Of a DNA stretch of 64,000 nucleotides, positions 49,284-58,125 are shown in pieces. Source of the stretch: a virus; the IMG/VR virus record IMGVR_UViG_3300043409_000680, positions 9,634 to 73,633 of that record. One strand, written 5' to 3'. Under the pieces are notes generated by a model. That model had not been told where the DNA came from. It saw only the letters and a list, made by a program, of their open reading frames with translations, and made no database searches. How positions within the stretch are numbered: position 1 is the stretch's first letter; each line of letters opens with the position of its first letter. A program made the translations under genes and the position numbers.

Positions 49284-49748
49284 ATGGCAACAGCACTCGT
49301 AGCACTAGAAGGCGTACTTATGACGGAGGTCGGGGATCCAATCCCTGAGGGCATTCGTTTATTCCGCATACTCTCAGCTAGCTATCGTGTTGTAATTTGC
49401 TCTGATATGTCACAGGCACACACAGAACATTGGTTACGCTCCCACTTGATTACAGGTCAAGGAGATGTCTATGATAATAGGTACTTCTTTGAGGGCCAAG
49501 ACCTACGCTCCCGCCAGCTAGCTGTAGCTCTTAATGGTGGTCGTGTGGATCTATTTGTAGATCCGGACGCTGATAGATGTGCTGAAGCAGTTGCTATGGG
49601 AATAACCGCCCTTCTATTTGCAGCACCTAAATTTGTAAGAACTAAGCGCCAAGTAAAACCATGGGAAGATGTGGTTAATGAGGTTGAACGCCAGAAACTC
49701 GCCCTACTAGAAGCAGAGCTCGGTAGCTCAGTTAAGAGATATGAATGA
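49284..49748 (+). CDS. HAD-fold protein with degenerate motif I
   Basis: LVALEGVL (DxD replaced), PIPEG, WL, FVDPD. Confidence 0.6.
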   Translation: MATALVALEGVLMTEVGDPIPEGIRLFRILSASYRVVICSDMSQAHTEHWLRSHLITGQGDVYDNRYFFEGQDLRSRQLAVALNGGRVDLFVDPDADRCAEAVAMGITALLFAAPKFVRTKRQVKPWEDVVNEVERQKLALLEAELGSSVKRYE

Positions 49749-51238
49749 ACATAGTATTCCTAGGTGGAGAGGTTCCCTCTCACCGTAACCTCTTGGTTAA
49801 TGCTGGTGTAAAGCATATTGGCGTAAGCTATTACCGTCTAGTAAAGCGTGGTTTGCCTAAGTCTAAACCCTACCTATTATCAGAGAGATTTCCTGATGAT
49901 GTAAAGATTTACGTAGATGGCGGCGGCCACCAGCTCAATGACCTAAACATGACAGAGCGAGAGCTCGAAGAGTATGCTGCCGACTATCAAGACTGGCTTA
50001 TTCTCAATGAAGATAGAGTTACCCTAGCCAGTGAATTGGATATTAAATCCCTGGGATCTAACTGGATCAACCATGAGCGCCGTACATTTTGGGAAGACTT
50101 TGGTTTAGATAAATTTATTGCAATTTGGCACCAAGAAACCGGGCATGCAGCCCTATATGGCCTTGCTCAGCGTTACACCCACGTAGGAATACTCGGAGAG
50201 TCTATTGAGGACGACACGAGCCTTGCAGCCCGTTCTAAGGCCATCCTACAGGAGTTCCCTGAAGTCTCATTTCATGGAATCGCTTGTGCTCGCCCGGACA
50301 ATCTACGCCAGGTATCTTTAACAACTGCCAGCACCCTATCTTGGCTCAGCCCAATGATGAGAGGGGAAACAATTGTGTGGGACGGCACTCGTCTGGTTCG
50401 TTACCAGAAGAAGATGAAGGATCAGGCTCGCCCACGATACAAAGCAGTTATTGAGAAAGTCGGTTTGGACTTTGAGAAGATTCTTAATGATGATAGTAAC
50501 GAAGTTACTAAGTTAGCCATATGGTCATACCTGCAGCTAGAAAATTCTTTAAACAAGAAATCACACCTTTCAGTAGTTAATCAAGAGAAGTTATCTGATA
50601 ACAGTGCGGATAAGGATGACCCCGGAAGTGCGGAAACCATGGGTCCCGACCCTGATAATAGAGGGGTAGAGGTGCGGAAAGAATTTAAACTTAAACAGCC
50701 TAAAGAGACCTATACCCTTCCAGTTTTTGGCGTAACTTCTAAAACTATTATGGAAAAAGATGAACTTGGAAGGGATGTTATTAAAGATGTTCCCATCATC
50801 GTCAGCACACAGAATTCCTTTCGTCAATGTAATACTTGTTTTGTTGCATCGAATTGCCCAGCATTTACTCCTAATAGTGCATGCGCTTTTAACCTCCCAG
50901 TGGAAATTAAGACTAAAGACCAACTCAAGAGTTTATTGAACGCAATTATTGAAATGCAGGGCGCTAGAGTCGCTTTTGCACGTTTTGCTGAAGAATTGAA
51001 CGGCGGATACCCTGATCCAAATACCGGCCAAGAGATTGATCGACTCTTTAAGATCATAGGAGAACTTAAGAAAATGGAAGAGAACAAGGAGTTTGTTCGC
51101 ATGACCGTAGAGCGTCAAACCTCTAGCGGTGTAATGTCAGCACTCTTTGGAGATAAAGCAAACACTTTAAGGGAACTTCCGATTGGACTTACCGAGGGTG
51201 AATCTGCTAGAATAATCAATGACACATTAGAAGGATAG
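49745..51238 (+). CDS. TGT/DpdA-like TIM-barrel protein with C-terminal Cys cluster
   Basis: VSYY, IYVDGGG, ELD, IWH, FHG, STLSW..MRG pattern; CNTC...CPAF...C. Confidence 0.55.
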   Translation: MNIVFLGGEVPSHRNLLVNAGVKHIGVSYYRLVKRGLPKSKPYLLSERFPDDVKIYVDGGGHQLNDLNMTERELEEYAADYQDWLILNEDRVTLASELDIKSLGSNWINHERRTFWEDFGLDKFIAIWHQETGHAALYGLAQRYTHVGILGESIEDDTSLAARSKAILQEFPEVSFHGIACARPDNLRQVSLTTASTLSWLSPMMRGETIVWDGTRLVRYQKKMKDQARPRYKAVIEKVGLDFEKILNDDSNEVTKLAIWSYLQLENSLNKKSHLSVVNQEKLSDNSADKDDPGSAETMGPDPDNRGVEVRKEFKLKQPKETYTLPVFGVTSKTIMEKDELGRDVIKDVPIIVSTQNSFRQCNTCFVASNCPAFTPNSACAFNLPVEIKTKDQLKSLLNAIIEMQGARVAFARFAEELNGGYPDPNTGQEIDRLFKIIGELKKMEENKEFVRMTVERQTSSGVMSALFGDKANTLRELPIGLTEGESARIINDTLEG

Positions 51239-51302
51239 TACTTCCCCGCTATCCTTGCTTTACCTGATAACAGTCAATTACTATTAGAAATGAGAGTCTA
51301 TT

Positions 51303-53333
51303 TTGTTTTCCTTCAAGCTCACCGAAGATTTTGTAAATTCATATAAAGAAAAAACTGTACCATGGGGATATAAAGATGCCGCAGGTAACTCAGTCGGTGA
51401 GATTATCTTTCTAAGGACCTACTCTCGTCTTAAAGAGGACGGGACAAAGGAGACTTGGACTGAAGTATGCGAACGTGTCATCAATGGCATGTACTCCTTG
51501 CAGAAAGACCACGCCAAGCAGAACCGCCTACCATGGAATGACGCCAAAGCACAAGCTTCAGCCAAAGAAGCATTCCAGCGTCTATTTGAATTGAAGTGGA
51601 CACCTCCAGGTCGAGGCCTATGGGTAATGGGTACTGACATTGTGAATGTTCAAAGGAACTCAGCCGCACTTCAGAACTGCTCATTCGTATCTACAAACTC
51701 AATGACCAAGCTAGATCCTGCCAAGCCATTTGCATTCCTAATGGAGGCTTCTATGCTGGGAGTGGGAGTTGGCTTTGACGACAAGGGTGCAGACAAAGAC
51801 TTCACAATCTACGAACCACAGAAGGGAGATGACTATGTCATCCCAGATACCAGAGAAGGATGGGTCGAATCCACATCCGCTCTCATCAATGCTTACCTCA
51901 GAGCAGATACAAAGGCTCCAGTATTTCGTTACGAAGAAATTAGACCAGCAGGCACGCCAATTAAAACTTTCGGGGGAACAGCCGCCGGATCCGAACCTCT
52001 AGAGAAACTTCATGCCTATATCTCTAAGATCTTTGGGGGACGTGCTGGACAAAAAGTTACTCGCAAGGACATCGCAGATCTAGGAAATCTAATTGGAGTC
52101 TGTGTCGTTTCCGGTAACGTTCGCCGTTCAGCTGAGCTACTCATTGGTCGTATTGACGATGATGAGTTCCTTAACCTAAAGAATGCAGATGTATTCCCGG
52201 AGCGTAATTCTTATGATCCAAAGGCTCCAGGTTGGGGTTGGATGTCAAACAACTCGGTAGAGGCTAGTGTAGGTACAGACCTCTCAAAGATCATAGACGG
52301 CATTTCTCGTAATGGAGAGCCAGGCGTGGTCTGGATGGATGTAACTCGTAAATACGGTCGACTTGCTGATCCAATAAATAATAAAGACTGGAGAGCTGCC
52401 GGGTATAACCCGTGTGCAGAACAATCCCTAGAATCAATGGAGTGCTGTACTTTGGTAGAGACCTACCTCAATCGTCATACAGACCTAGATGACTACAAGC
52501 GTACGCTTAAGTTTGCTTACCTCTATGCAAAGACTGTAACTCTTCTTCCTACTCATTGGGAAGAGACAAACGCAATCATGCAGCGTAATCGCCGTATTGG
52601 AACATCAATGTCAGGTGTTGCAAACTTTGCGGATTTGAAGGGGCTTCCAACTCTACGTGAGTGGATGGATGCAGGTTATCAGACAGTTACTGCCTATGAT
52701 AAGAGTTACTCTGAATGGCTTGGTATTCGTGAATCAATTAAAACTACAACTGTAAAACCATCCGGCACTGTATCTATTCTCGCAGGAGAATCACCAGGAG
52801 TACATTGGACCCCCGGTGGTAAGTATTTCCTACGTACTATTCGCTTTGCTAATAGTGATGCAATGCTCCCATTGTTCAAAATGGCTAACTACCGTATTGA
52901 ACCAGCGTTAGAATCCCCCGGTACAACATCGGTGGTGTACTTCCCAATTAAGAGTGAAGCGATACGTTCTGAGAGAGAAGTATCTATTTACGAAAAGATG
53001 GCGCTTGCTGCAACTGCACAACGCTATTGGTCAGACAACTCTGTAAGTGTAACGATCAGCTTTGATCCTGCTACAGAGGCTAAAGCAATCGGCACAGCAC
53101 TTCACATGTACGACGGACAACTTAAGACTGTATCATTTCTACCGATGGACCCGAATAGTTACCAACAAATGCCGTATACACAGAGCACTGAAGCTGAGTA
53201 TGCGGACGGTACTATGAAACTCTTTCCCATTGATTTTAGTGGAATCTATAATGGGTTGGGATCGGACGCTATCGGAGAAGCATACTGTACGACCGATGCA
53301 TGTGAAGTAAAGCTAATCAAAGATAATATCTAA
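51303..53333 (+). CDS. nrdJ: class II (B12-dependent, monomeric RTPR-type) ribonucleotide reductase
   Basis: PPGRGLW, GNVRRSA, NPCAEQ, TVKPSGT, C-terminal CTTDAC. Confidence 0.95.
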   Translation: MFSFKLTEDFVNSYKEKTVPWGYKDAAGNSVGEIIFLRTYSRLKEDGTKETWTEVCERVINGMYSLQKDHAKQNRLPWNDAKAQASAKEAFQRLFELKWTPPGRGLWVMGTDIVNVQRNSAALQNCSFVSTNSMTKLDPAKPFAFLMEASMLGVGVGFDDKGADKDFTIYEPQKGDDYVIPDTREGWVESTSALINAYLRADTKAPVFRYEEIRPAGTPIKTFGGTAAGSEPLEKLHAYISKIFGGRAGQKVTRKDIADLGNLIGVCVVSGNVRRSAELLIGRIDDDEFLNLKNADVFPERNSYDPKAPGWGWMSNNSVEASVGTDLSKIIDGISRNGEPGVVWMDVTRKYGRLADPINNKDWRAAGYNPCAEQSLESMECCTLVETYLNRHTDLDDYKRTLKFAYLYAKTVTLLPTHWEETNAIMQRNRRIGTSMSGVANFADLKGLPTLREWMDAGYQTVTAYDKSYSEWLGIRESIKTTTVKPSGTVSILAGESPGVHWTPGGKYFLRTIRFANSDAMLPLFKMANYRIEPALESPGTTSVVYFPIKSEAIRSEREVSIYEKMALAATAQRYWSDNSVSVTISFDPATEAKAIGTALHMYDGQLKTVSFLPMDPNSYQQMPYTQSTEAEYADGTMKLFPIDFSGIYNGLGSDAIGEAYCTTDACEVKLIKDNI

Positions 53334-53342
53334 GGAGATATA

Positions 53343-53483
53343 ATGACAGAGCCAGAGATCAATCCAGACCTATTTGAAGAAGACTTTGAGGATGACTTTG
53401 AAGACTTCGAGTTTGATGAAGAAGACCTAGAGGACATTGATGATTTGTTCCTAGAGGAAGACTCAGAAGAGACGGCAGAATAA
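53343..53483 (+). CDS. extremely acidic micro-protein (not in ORF track)
   Basis: SD AAGGAG; MTEPEINPDLFEEDFEDDFEDFEFDEEDLEDIDDLFLEEDSEETAE. Confidence 0.7.
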   Translation: MTEPEINPDLFEEDFEDDFEDFEFDEEDLEDIDDLFLEEDSEETAE

Positions 53484-53508
53484 CGCCCAAACGCCCAACA
53501 CAAACATT

Positions 53509-53538
53509 TGGCCCCGACTCAATTAAGAGCCGGGGCCA
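53509..53538. terminator. convergent (bidirectional) terminator
   Basis: TGGCCCCGACTC-AATTAA-GAGCCGGGGCCA at the strand switch. Confidence 0.75.
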
Positions 53539-53549
53539 TTTGCTTTGTC

Positions 53550-53705
53550 TTATTCGTCTTCGCATTCTTGATTTAAATAGTCAATCTCTGAATAGATATC
53601 ATTGATATGCCACTCAAGATTAGTTATACGCCGTGAATTTATACGGTCATACCACATGTCGACGCCTACGTATAATATAATCCCTATGATTATAAGCCAG
53701 TTCAT
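53550..53705 (-). CDS. small membrane protein (not in ORF track)
   Basis: SD AAGGAG; MNWLIIIGIILYVGVDMW. Confidence 0.6.
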   Translation of the reverse strand: MNWLIIIGIILYVGVDMWYDRINSRRITNLEWHINDIYSEIDYLNQECEDE

Positions 53706-53714
53706 TTGTTCTCC

Positions 53715-53927
53715 TTAATCGGATAGTTGCTTACCTTGTCCGTTACGTAATTCATAGAAGCTTTGATTGCTATCCTCTATACTATCATGTGCATCATCAA
53801 GGTCTGCTTCGTATATATCACCATCTAATAGGGCCTCATACATTTCTAATGCATGAGCATCATCGTCAGCCGTGAATGTTATTGTTCCTGATCTTTCTGT
53901 ACTGTACATTACTGAGTAGTTAGGCAT
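53715..53927 (-). CDS. acidic hypothetical protein
   Basis: SD GGAGG. Confidence 0.65.
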   Translation of the reverse strand: MPNYSVMYSTERSGTITFTADDDAHALEMYEALLDGDIYEADLDDAHDSIEDSNQSFYELRNGQGKQLSD

Positions 53928-54114
53928 TTTCTTTATCCTCCATTTTCATTTCCATTTCGTCATACGCATCAGCAGCTAGGATGTTATTGCTTCCCGCCTC
54001 ATCATTGCATTCTTCGCAAGGTTGAATATCCCATTCTTCCTCGTCACCGAAGTAGATATAGCCCCGTCCATGACACTCTGTACATGTCCGGGGCAGCACT
54101 GTTTCCATATCCAT
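53920..54114 (-). CDS. DnaJ-type zinc-finger micro-protein
   Basis: CTECHGRG...PCEEC. Confidence 0.6.
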   Translation of the reverse strand: MDMETVLPRTCTECHGRGYIYFGDEEEWDIQPCEECNDEAGSNNILAADAYDEMEMKMEDKENA

Positions 54115-54215
54115 TACTCTTCCCCTGTATCCCAACCACAATCAGAACATGCCCAAGTACCGTTCTCGGACATGCTCTCGTATGTGATTTTAGCTCCGCA
54201 TTCTTTACATCTCAT
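54114..54215 (-). CDS. zinc-ribbon micro-protein (not in ORF track)
   Basis: MRCKECG...CSDCG; TAATG coupling at both ends. Confidence 0.55.
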   Translation of the reverse strand: MRCKECGAKITYESMSENGTWACSDCGWDTGEE

Positions 54216-54502
54216 TATGCACCAACCTTCCAACTTAACAGACCTACCAAATGTGTTGGTTTGCCAGCATCATTGGTTGATTCAACCACCATCTTAATAG
54301 ATTTGCGTGGAGTGGTTTCAATGACATGGGCTTTAAGATACCGCTTAGCTGCAGACGGATTAGCCCATGCAGAATGTGTAACCATTTCATGAGGTTCTTC
54401 TACTGGATCTAGATCTGTTATGGTCAAGAGCCAGGCCCCGCCTTTTTCTACTGATGTGTTTTTTGTTAGTGTTGCTTCTAGTGTTCTTGTTGCTTTAGCC
54501 AT
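54215..54502 (-). CDS. hypothetical protein
   Basis: SD AAGGAG. Confidence 0.7.
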   Translation of the reverse strand: MAKATRTLEATLTKNTSVEKGGAWLLTITDLDPVEEPHEMVTHSAWANPSAAKRYLKAHVIETTPRKSIKMVVESTNDAGKPTHLVGLLSWKVGA

Positions 54503-54511
54503 GATTGCTCC

Positions 54512-54748
54512 TTATAGTTTTATATCTTGAGTAAAACCTACATGTTTTAGGTCACGCAGGATGTTCTTTCCAGCTCTACGGTCTCCTAAGGACTGAGGCC
54601 CAAAGAATACAGTTTTCCTGGTATCAGGGTTAACCACCTTGATATGGTGTTTACCTGTAGTTATAGAGACTTGTAAGCCAGCTTCCTCCAAAGCATCCAC
54701 TAGCTTTCTTATCTCCTTAGTTTTTATATTAAGGCTTGCAAATTGCAT
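54512..54748 (-). CDS. HicA-like dsRBD-fold protein
   Basis: LVDALEEAGLQV..TGKHHIKV..P. Confidence 0.55.
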   Translation of the reverse strand: MQFASLNIKTKEIRKLVDALEEAGLQVSITTGKHHIKVVNPDTRKTVFFGPQSLGDRRAGKNILRDLKHVGFTQDIKL

Positions 54749-54848
54749 CTCACTATTTTCTCCTTTCTAGTGTATCATTATGGGCGTAAGCTCTCATAGA
54801 ACAGAGTTCACGCCCTCAAGTCCCCTCGGGTTGCGCCCCGGGGGGATT

Positions 54849-55058
54849 TTACATATATTCTGTTAGATCTTCTACGTCTTCTATATACGTTTCTTCACCC
54901 GGTCTATCTAGATCTTCCGACGTTTGAATCCACTTCTTTTGTACCTTGTCGTATAGCCATAAAGACCAATCCCAATTGGCTGGATCACTTTGATCGTCTA
55001 TACGCCATTTAGCTACTTTGACGCTAAAGGTTACGGTCAGGTCATAATTGTCTTCCAT
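54849..55058 (-). CDS. hypothetical protein
   Basis: SD AAGGAGG. Confidence 0.65.
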   Translation of the reverse strand: MEDNYDLTVTFSVKVAKWRIDDQSDPANWDWSLWLYDKVQKKWIQTSEDLDRPGEETYIEDVEDLTEYM

Positions 55059-55071
55059 TTGCCCTCCTTAT

Positions 55072-55179
55072 TTAGTTGTCGCAGTCGTGTATACCTGTAT
55101 AACAGATAATACATACGTCTACGTTTTTCTTACCACATTTACATGTGATACTGGATATTACAGTATTGTGTTCATGCAT
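55072..55179 (-). CDS. Cys/His micro-protein (not in ORF track)
   Basis: SD GGAGG; CKCG...CIIC...HDC. Confidence 0.55.
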   Translation of the reverse strand: MHEHNTVISSITCKCGKKNVDVCIICYTGIHDCDN

Positions 55180-55224
55180 GATTCCTCCCCTTCTTTATTA
55201 GTATAGCGATTTGTTTGTGTTGGG

Positions 55225-55419
55225 TCAAATTACTTCTTCACCAAACTCATCGTACACAGTACCTACATCAATCCAGCCAGCCATGTTGTCTACAGTCCAA
55301 CTGTTAAAGCCATTGGATATATCTTCTTCGGCTAGCTTTATTGCTTCTTCTTTATTGTCTGCTTCTACCCAAAGGTCACCTAGTACGTGTTCATGGATAG
55401 TTATTTGGTATTTGGCCAT
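55225..55419 (-). CDS. acidic hypothetical protein
   Basis: SD AAGGAG; MAKYQI...VEADNKEEAIKLA. Confidence 0.65.
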   Translation of the reverse strand: MAKYQITIHEHVLGDLWVEADNKEEAIKLAEEDISNGFNSWTVDNMAGWIDVGTVYDEFGEEVI

Positions 55420-55871
55420 TATTTCTCCTTTTTGATTACTACACGAAACAATTTGTCTGGTGTAGGCCATTTGTATGGAAGATCCCCACGTACACGAAAC
55501 CGGTACCAAACCGGATCTTTACGTTTTAGGTTAGAGCGATGTGACTTATGAATTTCATCATTGCCCCACCACCAGGGTGGATCCCAACCCTGTAGGTCAT
55601 GCTCTGCATAGATTTCTTGCAGTCGTATTTGTACATTGTCTTCAAAGCCACGTTGTCTCCACTCTATGCACATAGCGTTCGTGTACATATATAGATAACC
55701 TTCGTGACCACGCCACATCACAGCTGCGGGGTGATTCCGCCATCCACTAGTTAGACCTAAGTTAGCCCTCAGAATTTGCAACGCTTCTACACGTTGCTTG
55801 CCGAGTCTCTTATTGTCTAAGGATTTAGCTGTGCGTGTTATGTCCGGCCAGGGCAGGAATGTATTAACCAT
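55419..55871 (-). CDS. pyrimidine dimer DNA glycosylase (T4 DenV / MSMEG_6728-like)
   Basis: TFLP...LD.KRLGKQRVEALQI...HPAAVMW.G...EW..RGF...SHRSNL.RKDP. Confidence 0.88.
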   Translation of the reverse strand: MVNTFLPWPDITRTAKSLDNKRLGKQRVEALQILRANLGLTSGWRNHPAAVMWRGHEGYLYMYTNAMCIEWRQRGFEDNVQIRLQEIYAEHDLQGWDPPWWWGNDEIHKSHRSNLKRKDPVWYRFRVRGDLPYKWPTPDKLFRVVIKKEK

Positions 55872-56029
55872 TAGTCCTCCAGTAACATAGGTATTAGGTC
55901 TTCTGCATCATGTGTGATCAGTAGTTCTCTAACTATTTCCTTATTGTCTGCATAGCGTTGCTCCTCACGTTGCTTTAGAACTTCGCTAATCCATATGTCT
56001 GGCCTATCTTGCCTTAGCTTATCTAAGCT
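55871..56029 (-). CDS. small hypothetical protein
   Basis: MSLDKLRQ... start overlapping the upstream stop. Confidence 0.55.
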   Translation of the reverse strand, partial: SLDKLRQDRPDIWISEVLKQREEQRYADNKEIVRELLITHDAEDLIPMLLED

Positions 56030-56220
56030 CATACAGATAGAGTCATAGTTAGCTGGTTGTCTTGTACCCATTCCATTGGTTCAGAGATAGATTCAATGGT
56101 TAGGTTTGCGCCCCCATCTGCAATATCTTCTGAGGCATGCAACAAGAACATCTGTGCAGATTCATAGTCATTGAATGGCCCTATCAGAGTCTCTGTGAGA
56201 CTGTCGAATATAACGTACAT
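56029..56220 (-). CDS. small hypothetical protein
   Basis: SD AAGGAG preceded by CCAACACAAAC. Confidence 0.65.
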   Translation of the reverse strand: MYVIFDSLTETLIGPFNDYESAQMFLLHASEDIADGGANLTIESISEPMEWVQDNQLTMTLSV

Positions 56221-56244
56221 TTTGTGCTCCTTTGTTTGTGTTGG

Positions 56245-58116
56245 TTACCGGCCACGCTTCTTGATGGCTCCGGATACTACAGACTTGGCAAATGGCACCA
56301 AGTCACGTGCTGATTTGATACGAGCAAAGATCTCAGCACCATGACGGAACTCATCCATTACATTGCCACGATCCTCGTAGTACTGCACATCACGATCACT
56401 CATGATAAGTGTCACGGCAGTTAGAATGCCACGCTTCTGGATACGTCCGATAATTTCATCGTTCTTGTTGGCATCGAACGCACCGTCAGTAATAATGAAC
56501 AGCATCTTATTCTTCTTACGAGAAGACATAAGTAACTGTTCAGCAGCAAGCAATGTTGGATACGGATTAGTACCACCATTGCCATAGATAAACTTGTAAT
56601 GAGTTTTGCTTGCTAACTCATCACGCTTGTAGGCTGTCTCAGCCTTATCATCGAATGCATACACAGTCACCGGAGCGCCAATGCTTTCAAGTGCACGCTT
56701 GATAGTCCAGCTCGCAATAGATGCGTCACGGTCATTGTGATAACTAGACATACTGCCTGACCTATCAACCATGATGACCGCTTCAACGTCAGCACCATCT
56801 GTGCCTTCATCCCAACGATCAAAGGCTTCATCAATCTCACAGCCTCTGAATACACGTTGCATGTTGAGTCGACCACTGGCTTCCTCACGGTGCCATGCGG
56901 GTTCACACTCATCACGCAGACGAGATAGTTCCTTAGCGAACTTGCGGTAATTCATCATTGCCTCTGGTGGCACTGTAGTTTTATCGAACTTACCTACACG
57001 CAGAGTATCGTTATGCTTACCATCTCCACCGACAATTACTTTCTGCTTGACTTTGATGTCTTGCTGAACGTCCTTACGGTCTAGTACATCTTGGATAATG
57101 TTATTTAACATATCGTTGATGTTATCAGGAATACCACCAGCACTAGCGATGTGACCTTCACCTGCGCTTAGTCCTGGAGTATTGTTTGTCTGTTGTGATT
57201 GTTCACGTGCTTCCAATGCTTCCTCTGCAGTATTGCTTTCAGTAGGAGGCGGAGGCGGCGTGTTTGTGTTGGATGCACTTGGATTACTTGCTTGTTCCTC
57301 AAGTGATTTACGCGGAGTCCAGTCTGGTTCCTTGGTACCCATATTGCCAGCTTTAGCGGCATCACGTTCCTGTGCCTTACCTGGTTCAGGGCGACCTTTA
57401 GATACTGGATCACGACTAGTGCATCCATTGGTACCTGAAGGTGGCTTACCCATGTCTTTGACTACTTCATCATTGAACCGCTTGATTAACTCCTTGGCTA
57501 ACGCATAGTCTCGGGGAAATGCAAGCACACGATACTGATCAACAATATCTGTAATGGCTGGAATTAGATCAGGCGCTCCGAATAGATCACGGAACGCTTG
57601 ACGCATTTCAACAGGTAGATACCTACGGCCACGAATCACTGCATAGTTACCTGCAGCATCTTCGGGTGTACCTGCAAGCCACCTAGCTACTGTGGCTGTT
57701 AGATACGGAGCGATACTAGGATAACGTGCTACTAACAATGTCTCGATACGCTGATCCTCTAGCATATTCATAGATTGCATGTAGTTATTTTCCAAGACCC
57801 ACTTCATTAGGTCTGTACCCTTGCGAGGTGTATACAAGTGATGCGCTAGCTCATGATAATTAAGGCCATTGACCTGGGTTAATGATTCCAAGTCCATCTC
57901 CTCAATCTGACTAGCATTGATAGTAATAGATGCACCATCAGACCAAGCCGGAGCTGGACCATCGGACGCTACATTAACTATCACTGGATCACCACTGAGT
58001 ACACGGTCAGCCTGTTCATATACACGACAAAGCGCATTGAGTCGCACAGATCGTTCTTGTGTGTCCTCATCACGTTCTTTCACGTACCAGGCGTCGTTCA
58101 AGTCCTCATCGAACAT
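56245..58116 (-). CDS. VWA domain protein with N-terminal HExxH (CobT-like MoxR partner)
   Basis: NYHELAH, NMLED.RIE, SGRLN, VDRSGSM, GGT, ITDG. Confidence 0.88.
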   Translation of the reverse strand: MFDEDLNDAWYVKERDEDTQERSVRLNALCRVYEQADRVLSGDPVIVNVASDGPAPAWSDGASITINASQIEEMDLESLTQVNGLNYHELAHHLYTPRKGTDLMKWVLENNYMQSMNMLEDQRIETLLVARYPSIAPYLTATVARWLAGTPEDAAGNYAVIRGRRYLPVEMRQAFRDLFGAPDLIPAITDIVDQYRVLAFPRDYALAKELIKRFNDEVVKDMGKPPSGTNGCTSRDPVSKGRPEPGKAQERDAAKAGNMGTKEPDWTPRKSLEEQASNPSASNTNTPPPPPTESNTAEEALEAREQSQQTNNTPGLSAGEGHIASAGGIPDNINDMLNNIIQDVLDRKDVQQDIKVKQKVIVGGDGKHNDTLRVGKFDKTTVPPEAMMNYRKFAKELSRLRDECEPAWHREEASGRLNMQRVFRGCEIDEAFDRWDEGTDGADVEAVIMVDRSGSMSSYHNDRDASIASWTIKRALESIGAPVTVYAFDDKAETAYKRDELASKTHYKFIYGNGGTNPYPTLLAAEQLLMSSRKKNKMLFIITDGAFDANKNDEIIGRIQKRGILTAVTLIMSDRDVQYYEDRGNVMDEFRHGAEIFARIKSARDLVPFAKSVVSGAIKKRGR

Positions 58117-58125
58117 TGTGCCCCC

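Noticed and set aside
31768-53333. Inteins or introns in polA, recA or nrdJ; stop-codon recoding
   Set aside because: Proteins are of normal length with contiguous motifs, and the standard code gives dense gene tiling
969-53565. Numerous - strand and nested alternative-frame ORFs in the track (e.g. 6395-6973, 7822-8352, 30975-31352)
   Set aside because: Shadow ORFs of well-supported + strand genes, with no SD or recognisable motifs
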